From: Bacteroidales bacterium
Lineage (GTDB): Bacteria > Bacteroidota > Bacteroidia > Bacteroidales > UBA12077
Length of the DNA: 64,000 bases
Assembly (NCBI GenBank): GCA_019038645.1
Contig: JAHOYT010000002.1
Coordinates: 34,679 to 98,678 of the forward strand
Direction of reading: 5' to 3'
In this document: positions 28,575 to 36,805 of the stretch, piece after piece
Layout of the letters: each line of letters starts with the position of its first letter
Position numbering within the stretch: the first letter of the stretch is position 1
Program-made: the position numbers and the translations under genes
Notes under the pieces: generated by a model
What the model saw: the letters and a program-made list of their open reading frames with translations, nothing else
Told to the model about the DNA's origin: nothing
Database searches by the model: none

Positions 28575-28713
28575 TAACAGTTAAATGAACCGATTATTGA
28601 TAATATAAGTTAATAATACTAATTATTATTTTTTAGTAAACATCTGTAAAAAATATTTTAATTAACCTTTTTTTAGGTTTTATATTTAAGTATTTAAAAA
28701 CGAATAAAAGCAA

Positions 28714-31700
28714 ATGATTCAACCCGATATTTATAAAGTCACAAATAATATTAGAATTGTAACTGCCACATCTCTTTTTGATGGACACGACGCTACGATT
28801 AACATTATAAGAAGAATAATACAATCAACGGGAGGTGAAGTAATACATCTCGGTCATAATAAATCTGTTGACGAAATAGTGAATTGTGCAATACAGGAAG
28901 ATGCACATGCTATTGCAGTTACCTCTTATCAGGGAGGACATATTGAATTTTATAAATATATGTTTGATTTATTAAAAGAGAAATCATGTGAACATATAAA
29001 AATATTTGGTGGTGGTGGCGGAGTTATTTTACCCGATGAAAAAATCGAACTGCTAAAATATGGGATTGCCGGAATATATTCTCCTGATGATGGCAGAAAT
29101 ATGGGATTGCAGGGGATGATAAATGATTTAATGCAAAAATCAGATTACCCGCTTGGTAATTCAGATATAAATTTAAAGAAAGTAAAATCTAAAGATCAAT
29201 ACGCAATAGCATCGCTGATATCAAAATCGGAAAATTATCCCGATCAGGCAAAAGATTATTTACAAACCATTGGTAAAGAAATAGCAAAATCAAAAACACC
29301 TATTGTTGGTATTACCGGAACAGGAGGAGCTGGAAAATCGTCTATTGTTGATGAAATAATCCGAAGATTTGTGGATTTATATCCTGATTTATCTATTGGA
29401 ATAGTATCTGTTGATCCTTCCAAACGAAAAAGCGGTGGTGCATTATTGGGTGATCGTATTAGAATGAACTCTATTAATTATCCTAATATTTATATGCGTT
29501 CGTTAGCGACCCGACAACAAAACCTTGCTTTATCGGCTAATGTAAAGGATGCGGTTGATATTCTTAAATATGCAAATTATGATATAATTATTTTAGAATC
29601 ATCCGGAATTGGTCAATCTGATACAGAAATAATTGATCAGAGCGATGTTTATTTTTATGTTATGACTCCGGATTACGGAGCAGCATCACAGCTTGAAAAG
29701 ATCGCTATGCTTGATTATGCTGATATCATCGCCTTAAATAAATTTGATAAACAAGGAGCTCTGGATGCGTTGCGAGATGTTAAAAAACAATATCAGCGAA
29801 ATAATTTATTATTTGAAACTCCTGTTGATGAAATGCCTGTTTACGGAACAATTGCTTCTCAATACAATAATGAGGGACTTAATAATTTATTTAAGAAGTT
29901 AATAAATATAATAAGTGCAAAAACAGGAGCCAGTTTTCCTGAAACAGATTATTCATTGAAGATTAGTCATAATGACCAGCAAGTAGTTCCAACTGGTAAA
30001 GTCAGATATCTTTCAGATATAGCTGATGCTATTCGAAATTACAATCTACATATTGATGAACAGGCTAAGATAGCAAACCGATGGCAGGCATTGGTTACCT
30101 CGGAAGAAGAGATAGAAACAGACAAAGGAGTTTCGAAGCAAATAGCAGATCGGATTACATTATTGAAGGATGAACTTAGCAAAGAAAGTATTAAGATAAT
30201 TGAGAACTGGGAGAGCAAAAAGAAAAAATATAAGGATGAGTATTATACTTATGAGGTTAGAGGTAAGTCAATTAAAGTTGAAACCCACATTGAATCTTTG
30301 TCTCATTCAAAAATTCCCAAAATTGCACTACCGTCTTATTCTTCATGGGGCGACATATTAAAATGGAATTTGAAAGAAAATGTGCCGGGAGAATTTCCAT
30401 ATGCGGCTGGTGTATTTCCTTTTAAGCGTGAATCGGAAGATCCAACACGAATGTTTGCAGGGGAAGGTGGTCCCGAACGAACTAATAAACGATTCCACTA
30501 TCTTTCTGAGGGACAAAAAGCAAAGCGTTTATCAACAGCATATGATTCGGTAACACTTTATGGTGCTGATCCGGATATAAGACCTGATATTTTGGGGAAA
30601 ATTGGCAATTCTGGTGTTTCTGTCGCTTGTTTAGATGATGCTAAGAAGCTTTATTCCGGTATCGATTTACTTGACCCTTCTACTTCTGTTTCAATGACCA
30701 TAAATGGTCCGGCTCCTTTAATGGTTGGTTATTTCATGAATACAGCTATTGATCAGAGTTGCGAAAAGTACATTATGGAGAATGGGCTCAAGGAAAAAGT
30801 CAAAAAGCAGATTGAAAAAATATATAAAGAAAAAGGAATTGAACGACCTGAGTACCAGGGCAAATTACCTAAATCAAATACTGGATTAGGATTATTCCTT
30901 CTTGGTATAACTGGCGATCAGGTTTTACCAAAGGATGTTTATAGCAAAATAAAAGAAGATACAATACACAGAGTAAGGGGAACCATTCAGGCCGATATTT
31001 TAAAAGAAGATCAGGCTCAGAATACCTGTATTTTCTCAACAGATTTTGCTCTAAAAATGATGGGTGATATTCAGGAGTATTTTATCGATAATACTGTTAA
31101 GAATTTTTATTCAGTATCTATTTCCGGATATCATATAGCTGAAGCAGGAGCTAATCCAATTACACAACTTGCTTTTACTTTGGCAAACGGATTTACGTTT
31201 GTTGAGTATTATCTTTCACGTGGAATGAAGATTGATGATTTTGCACCCAGCTTATCATTTTTCTTTTCAAATGGTCTTGATCCGGAATACTCAGTAATAG
31301 GAAGAGTTGCCAGAATCATATGGTCAAAAGCCATGAAGTATAAATACAAAGCCAACTCTTTATCTCAAAAACTAAAATATCATATTCAAACTTCAGGCAG
31401 ATCTCTGCATTCACAGGAAATAGAATTTAATGATATTAGAACTACTTTGCAGGCACTTTCAGGGATTTACGATAATTGTAATTCATTACATACAAATGCT
31501 TACGATGAAGCAATTACCACACCTACAGAAGAATCTGTGAGAAGAGCAATGGCTATTCAAATGATAATTAATCATGAATACGGATTGGCAAAAAACCAAA
31601 ATCCTTTGCAAGGATCATTTATTATTGATGAGTTAACAGAGCTTGTTGAGGAAGCAGTTTTGGTGGAATTTGACCGGCTCACAGATCGTGGTGGTGTATT

Positions 31701-32076
31701 AGGAGCAATGGAGTCTATGTACCAGAGAGGAAAAATTCAGGATGAATCGATTTATTATGAATCTCTAAAGCATAGCGGTGAACTTCCGATTATGGGAGTA
31801 AATACATTCTTGTCTTCTAAGGGCTCGCCAACTATTGTTCCAAAAGAAGTAATCAGAGCGACTGAAGAAGAAAAAAACTATCAAATTAAAAACTTAAAAA
31901 GCTTACATAAAATTAACGAAGGATTATCGGATAAAATCCTCGAAGATCTTAAACGAGCTGTTCTTGATAATAAAAATACATTTGAATACCTGATAGAAGC
32001 AACAAAATATTGTTCTATTGGGCAAATTACAAATGCATTGTACGAAGTAGGAGGACAGTACAGAAGAAACATGTAA
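28714..32076 (+). CDS. icmF: Fused isobutyryl-CoA mutase IcmF (B12-binding domain, MeaB-like G-protein, mutase TIM-barrel domain)
   Basis: 1120 aa. N-terminal B12 domain ([15 protein letters not shown]). Central P-loop [12 protein letters not shown] with NKFD. C-terminal methylmalonyl-CoA-mutase-family substrate domain. This domain order is the one described for IcmF. Confidence 0.85.
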   Translation: MIQPDIYKVTNNIRIVTATSLFDGHDATINIIRRIIQSTGGEVIHLGHNKSVDEIVNCAIQEDAHAIAVTSYQGGHIEFYKYMFDLLKEKSCEHIKIFGGGGGVILPDEKIELLKYGIAGIYSPDDGRNMGLQGMINDLMQKSDYPLGNSDINLKKVKSKDQYAIASLISKSENYPDQAKDYLQTIGKEIAKSKTPIVGITGTGGAGKSSIVDEIIRRFVDLYPDLSIGIVSVDPSKRKSGGALLGDRIRMNSINYPNIYMRSLATRQQNLALSANVKDAVDILKYANYDIIILESSGIGQSDTEIIDQSDVYFYVMTPDYGAASQLEKIAMLDYADIIALNKFDKQGALDALRDVKKQYQRNNLLFETPVDEMPVYGTIASQYNNEGLNNLFKKLINIISAKTGASFPETDYSLKISHNDQQVVPTGKVRYLSDIADAIRNYNLHIDEQAKIANRWQALVTSEEEIETDKGVSKQIADRITLLKDELSKESIKIIENWESKKKKYKDEYYTYEVRGKSIKVETHIESLSHSKIPKIALPSYSSWGDILKWNLKENVPGEFPYAAGVFPFKRESEDPTRMFAGEGGPERTNKRFHYLSEGQKAKRLSTAYDSVTLYGADPDIRPDILGKIGNSGVSVACLDDAKKLYSGIDLLDPSTSVSMTINGPAPLMVGYFMNTAIDQSCEKYIMENGLKEKVKKQIEKIYKEKGIERPEYQGKLPKSNTGLGLFLLGITGDQVLPKDVYSKIKEDTIHRVRGTIQADILKEDQAQNTCIFSTDFALKMMGDIQEYFIDNTVKNFYSVSISGYHIAEAGANPITQLAFTLANGFTFVEYYLSRGMKIDDFAPSLSFFFSNGLDPEYSVIGRVARIIWSKAMKYKYKANSLSQKLKYHIQTSGRSLHSQEIEFNDIRTTLQALSGIYDNCNSLHTNAYDEAITTPTEESVRRAMAIQMIINHEYGLAKNQNPLQGSFIIDELTELVEEAVLVEFDRLTDRGGVLGAMESMYQRGKIQDESIYYESLKHSGELPIMGVNTFLSSKGSPTIVPKEVIRATEEEKNYQIKNLKSLHKINEGLSDKILEDLKRAVLDNKNTFEYLIEATKYCSIGQITNALYEVGGQYRRNM

Positions 32077-32136
32077 GACAATTTGAAACTGATCGAATTA
32101 ATTTAGTAAATATTAAAAAACTGTAAATTCTTACCC

Positions 32137-33231
32137 ATGAAATATAAGATAGATTATTCTGCAGATAGCTTGATTGTTGTGATTAATCCAAGAACATTAT
32201 TTACGAAAGTCGGGGTTTACAATAATAAAAATCTTGTGTTTTTAAAAAAAATAAAACACAAAGAAGATGATCTGCATAAATTTTCAAAACTTGAAGATCA
32301 GACAGAATATCGAACAGATGTAATACTAAAGGAGTTGAAGGAAAATGATATTGATTTTGAAAAAATAAGAGTAATAATCAGTAGAGGAGGTTTGCTTCAA
32401 CCGGTAAAATCAGGTGTTTATTTAGTAGATGATAAGGTAAAGCAAGATCTCATGAACTCAGTACAGGGTACAGATATCGTTAACTTAGGAGGGCTGATAT
32501 CAGGAAGTATGGTAGCAAGTTTCCCAAATGCAAATGCCTTTATTGCAGATCCGGTTGTTGTGGATGAATATGATGAAATTGCAAAAATTACTGGTTTACC
32601 CGAGATTAAAAGAAGATCAATCTTTCATGCACTAAATCAAAAATATATAGCTGGCCGATATGCAAAATCTATTGACAAAGAGTATAAAGATTTGAATTTG
32701 ATTGTTGCTCATATGGGAACAGGAATAACAGTAGGTGCACACAAAAAAGGATGTGTAATAGATTCAAATATGGGTTATGATGGTGATGGACCGTTTTCGC
32801 CTGTTAGAGCAGGAAGCCTCCCTACAGGAGATTTAATAAGACTTTGTTTTAGTGGAAAGTATACCGAAGAAGAGCTTTTAAGAAAAGTTAGCGTAGAGGG
32901 TGGATTATATGCTCATTTTGGTACTTATAGTGGAATAGAAATTGATCGGAGAGTTACAGAAGGCGATAAAGAAGCAACTCTTGTTTTTGAAGCTATGGCA
33001 TATCAGATATCAAAAACTATTGGATCTATGTTTGTTGTATTGGAAGGAACTGTTGATGCAATTATTATTACAGGACCACTTGCCAATAGCACATGGTTAG
33101 TTCGTAAAATAGTTGAAAAGGTAGAGAAAATTGCACCGGTTTCCATTTATCCTGGATCTGACGATATAAAGACACTGGCTTTAAAAGGCCTCGCAGTATT
33201 ACATGGAGATGAAGATGTAAAAAAGTATTAA
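32137..33231 (+). CDS. Divergent butyrate-kinase paralog
   Basis: Collinear with Buk (AHMGTGITV, GDGPFSPVRAGSLP), but the N-terminal phosphate motif reads VINPRTLFTKVG and the adenosine motif reads ITGPLANS. Confidence 0.7.
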   Translation: MKYKIDYSADSLIVVINPRTLFTKVGVYNNKNLVFLKKIKHKEDDLHKFSKLEDQTEYRTDVILKELKENDIDFEKIRVIISRGGLLQPVKSGVYLVDDKVKQDLMNSVQGTDIVNLGGLISGSMVASFPNANAFIADPVVVDEYDEIAKITGLPEIKRRSIFHALNQKYIAGRYAKSIDKEYKDLNLIVAHMGTGITVGAHKKGCVIDSNMGYDGDGPFSPVRAGSLPTGDLIRLCFSGKYTEEELLRKVSVEGGLYAHFGTYSGIEIDRRVTEGDKEATLVFEAMAYQISKTIGSMFVVLEGTVDAIIITGPLANSTWLVRKIVEKVEKIAPVSIYPGSDDIKTLALKGLAVLHGDEDVKKY

Positions 33232-33286
33232 CCCAATTAAGCAGTCAAAAATCTACCTTTTAAATAATACAAAACAAAAAGTGTTG

Positions 33287-33781
33287 CTATTTTTTAGCAG
33301 CATTTTTTATTATTTCTTTAATATATTTATCGGGAACCTGAATAGTAATTACTTCACCCGTTGCGGTAACAACACCGTTTGCGAATACCTCCACATCAAC
33401 GGTAACCTTTTTCCCGCTAATCTCTTTAATTTTACCTCTTATCTCTAAAGTACAATCTATTGGTGTTGGTTTTACATATTTTACATTTAACGAGCCGGTT
33501 AAAAATCTGAAAGAAGGTTCTGTATCCATCTCTCTGTTTTCTTGTTTATACATAGCGGCCGCCGCCGAACCAGTTCCGTGGCAATCTATAAGTGAAGCAA
33601 TTAATCCACCATAGACAAAGCCAGGGACTGCAGTATGATATGGCTGAGGAGTGAATGTTGTTACTGTTTCATCACCATCCCAAACAGTTTTTATTTGATA
33701 TCCGTGTTCATTCAGACTACCACAACCATAGCAGTGACTTAAGTGATCAGGATAATAATCCTGAAATGCTTTTATATTCAT
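33287..33781 (-). CDS. PaaI-family hotdog-fold thioesterase with an N-terminal Cys-rich (zinc-ribbon-like) segment
   Basis: CYGCGSLNEHG near the N-terminus. Hotdog pattern (PGFVYGGLIASLIDCHG...LNVKYVKP). Confidence 0.65.
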   Translation of the reverse strand: MNIKAFQDYYPDHLSHCYGCGSLNEHGYQIKTVWDGDETVTTFTPQPYHTAVPGFVYGGLIASLIDCHGTGSAAAAMYKQENREMDTEPSFRFLTGSLNVKYVKPTPIDCTLEIRGKIKEISGKKVTVDVEVFANGVVTATGEVITIQVPDKYIKEIIKNAAKK

Positions 33782-34029
33782 AAAACAATAATTTTACTGT
33801 TAATATCCGACTAAAATAATATTAAATTGATTACTACCCAAAGGTTTCTTTTCAAAATTGCAATATTGTTATGGCAGGTCAGTTCTAACAAAAAGTGTAT
33901 TGCGTATCAATCTCAGGTTTAAAAATCTGGCAATAAAAAACAGAAGATTTTCTATCGAAATAAATTAGATTGCAACAGTATAATATAAATCATTAAATAG
34001 ATAATCTTAAATCCATATATTTACATCAA

Positions 34030-35103
34030 ATGACGATAATGGAATTGAAAGAGATAGTTAAACACTTTATTTCAGGTAACACCATTAAGGATATTAGAAT
34101 ATTTGGTAACGGGCATATTAATACTACCTACAAGGTTACATTTGAGAATATTAGAGATGAATATATCTTACAAAAAATAAATACGAAGGTTTTTGAAAAT
34201 CCACAAATAATAATTCAAAATCATTTAAAGCTGCAGGAACATTTGTTATCCGCTAAATCAGATATTGAAATTCCACACTTAGAAAGTATTGGTATAAATC
34301 AATTTCTTTACAAAGATGACGATAAGAATCAATGGCGAATGATGAACTTTATAAAGGATTCGTATTCTGTTGAAGTAGTGGAAAATGAGAATCAATCTTA
34401 CGAAGCAGGTAAAGGGTTTGGATGGTTTCTAAAAGCTTGCTCAATAATAAATTCATCTGAATTACATGAAGCTATAAAGGACTTTCATAGCTTATCATTT
34501 AGAATTAATCAATTACATAAAGCAATTGAATATGATTTAGTCAATCGTGTTTCTAAAGCAGGTCAATTAATTAGTTTTTATAAAGAAAGAGAAAATGGCT
34601 TACTGGAAATCGAAAGTTCTTTTCAGAAAAATAAGATTCCACTGAGAGTTGTTCACAATGATACAAAGATCAACAATCTTTTATTCAGGAACGAAAGGGC
34701 TGTAGCAGTAATTGATTTAGATACTGTTGGACCTGGAGTTGTTGTATTCGATTATGGCGATGCGATTCGAACTATAACAAATACAGCTGCTGAAGATGAA
34801 AAGGATTTGAATAAAGTGAATTTTGATATAAAAATGTTTGAGTCATTTACAAAGGGATACCTTGAGAATGCAAGATCAATTTTAAATGTTAAGGAAAAAG
34901 ACTTGTTTTTACATGCTCCATTTTATATGACCTTTATAATGGGAATAAGATTCTTAACAGATTATATAAATGGAGATATTTACTATAAAACTGAATATGC
35001 TGAACACAATTTTGTGCGTACTTCTGTACAAAAAAGACTTGTCGAGCAAATAGAAACTAATAAAGATATTATAAAACAAATTATTGAAAGATATACAATC
35101 TAA
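34030..35103 (+). CDS. N-acetylhexosamine 1-kinase-like phosphotransferase (APH/NahK family)
   Basis: GNGHINTTYKV, IPLRVVHNDTKINNLLF, VIDLDTVGPG, AAEDEKDLNKVNF and RFLTDYINGDIYYKTEYAEHNFVRT follow the NahK pattern as I recall it. Confidence 0.6.
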   Translation: MTIMELKEIVKHFISGNTIKDIRIFGNGHINTTYKVTFENIRDEYILQKINTKVFENPQIIIQNHLKLQEHLLSAKSDIEIPHLESIGINQFLYKDDDKNQWRMMNFIKDSYSVEVVENENQSYEAGKGFGWFLKACSIINSSELHEAIKDFHSLSFRINQLHKAIEYDLVNRVSKAGQLISFYKERENGLLEIESSFQKNKIPLRVVHNDTKINNLLFRNERAVAVIDLDTVGPGVVVFDYGDAIRTITNTAAEDEKDLNKVNFDIKMFESFTKGYLENARSILNVKEKDLFLHAPFYMTFIMGIRFLTDYINGDIYYKTEYAEHNFVRTSVQKRLVEQIETNKDIIKQIIERYTI

Positions 35104-35130
35104 AGCTAAAACATCCCTAAAATTAATGTT

Positions 35131-36510
35131 ATGAAAAGGTTATTTATTTTACTTATTATTGCTGTAACTCTTACTAATTGTGATTTTCAGAATTCGAATA
35201 AAACGGAATTATTTAAAGCTCAACAAGTTTTTAAGGAAGATGAAAGGCCCATCGGGCAGCAAGATGTAATTGAATTAAGATGCGAACCGATTGATACGGT
35301 GCGAATGGCAATTATCGGATTGGGTATGAGAGGGTCAGGAGCTGTCTATCGTTACAACTTTATTGAAGGAGCTAAAATAGTTGCTCTTTGTGATGTTGTT
35401 CCTGAAAATGTTGAAAAAGCTCAGAATGCGCTGTTAGATGCGGACAAACCCAAAGCTGATGTTTATACTGATTCATTGGGATGGCAAGCAATTTGTGAAC
35501 GTGATGATATTGATCTTATTTATATATGTACTCATTGGGATTTACATACTCCAATAGCTGTTTATGCAATGGAGCACGGGAAACATGTTGCAACAGAAGT
35601 GCCTGCAGCATTAACAATTGATGAGTGTTGGCAATTGGTTAATACTGCTGAAAAAACACAACAACATTGCATGCAACTGGAAAATTGCAACTACGATTTT
35701 TTTGAAATGGCTACATTAAATATGGCTCAGAAAGGATTGTTTGGTGAGATTGTACATGGCGAAGGCGCGTATATTCACGATTTACGCTGGCTTAATTTTA
35801 TGGAAGAAGGTGGATACTGGAATATGTGGAGATTAAGGCATCTTGAAAAAGAAGATGGAAATACGTATCCGACTCATGGATTTGGACCCATATGTCATAT
35901 TATGAATATTCATAGAGGTGATAAAATGGATTATCTGGTTTCTGTGTCGGGTAATCAGTTTGGAATGACAGCTTATGCGAAAGAAAAATTTGGCGAAGAA
36001 TCTGACTATGCTAAAACAGAATATGCTAAGGGTGATATAAATACAACCATTGTTAAAACGAATAAAGGTAAAACAATTATGATTCAGCATGATGTTACAA
36101 GCCCAAGACCATATAGCAGGATTCATATGGTAAGTGGTACAAAGGGTTTTGCTCAAAAATGGCCCCGAAAAGGTATTGCTTTAGAGCCTAATGCTCATAG
36201 TTTTTTATCGGATGAAGAAATGGAAAAACTTCTGGTTGAATATGAACACCCGATAACAAAAGAAGTTGGAAAAAAAGCAAAAGAGGTAGGTGGTCATGGA
36301 GGAATGGATTTTATTATGGATTATAGATTAATTTATTGTTTACGAAACGGATTACCATTAGATCAGGATGTGTATGATGCTGCTGAATGGTCTGCCATTA
36401 TTGAACTTTCACAAATATCTGTTAAGAATCAGGGAATGCCCGTTAAAGTGCCTGATTTTACAAGAGGTGCATGGAATAAAGTAAACACGGTAACATATTT
36501 TACAAAGTAA
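35131..36510 (+). CDS. GH109-like NAD-dependent glycosidase (alpha-N-acetylgalactosaminidase family; Gfo/Idh/MocA fold), lipoprotein
   Basis: Lipobox LTNC. Rossmann motif IIGLGMRGSG. The ~460-aa length and overall pattern are typical of GH109. Confidence 0.65.
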   Translation: MKRLFILLIIAVTLTNCDFQNSNKTELFKAQQVFKEDERPIGQQDVIELRCEPIDTVRMAIIGLGMRGSGAVYRYNFIEGAKIVALCDVVPENVEKAQNALLDADKPKADVYTDSLGWQAICERDDIDLIYICTHWDLHTPIAVYAMEHGKHVATEVPAALTIDECWQLVNTAEKTQQHCMQLENCNYDFFEMATLNMAQKGLFGEIVHGEGAYIHDLRWLNFMEEGGYWNMWRLRHLEKEDGNTYPTHGFGPICHIMNIHRGDKMDYLVSVSGNQFGMTAYAKEKFGEESDYAKTEYAKGDINTTIVKTNKGKTIMIQHDVTSPRPYSRIHMVSGTKGFAQKWPRKGIALEPNAHSFLSDEEMEKLLVEYEHPITKEVGKKAKEVGGHGGMDFIMDYRLIYCLRNGLPLDQDVYDAAEWSAIIELSQISVKNQGMPVKVPDFTRGAWNKVNTVTYFTK

Positions 36511-36530
36511 TATCCTTATGATAAACTTAA

Positions 36531-36567
36531 AGGCTGTTTCTTGTGTTATACGGAAACAGCCTTTTTC
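36531..36567 (+). terminator. Intrinsic terminator after the GH109-like gene
   Basis: 10-bp stem AGGCTGTTTC / GGAAACAGCCT followed by TTTTT. Confidence 0.7.
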
Positions 36568-36805
36568 TTTAGGAAGATATTAGAATAACATAAATATTTG
36601 GATGGTTCAAAAACTATTAGACTTTCGGAATTTGAACAAATAGAGTTGTAGTAAGTAATACGTTATTATGGGTTAATTAAACAAACAAATAATTACTAAG
36701 TCCTGTGGTTTTAATATATAGAAAATACTTTTAAATGTAAATAATTAGTATTAAATTCGATTTCCAATCAGAAAAAGAAAATAATATATCGTAAAAGAGA
36801 AATCG

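Noticed and set aside
28575-28713. A possible cobalamin riboswitch upstream of the B12-dependent icmF; the 26936-27431 gap was checked as well.
   Set aside because: No B12-box-like GCCACTG core or GC-rich paired elements are visible. The sequence is almost pure AT-rich spacer.
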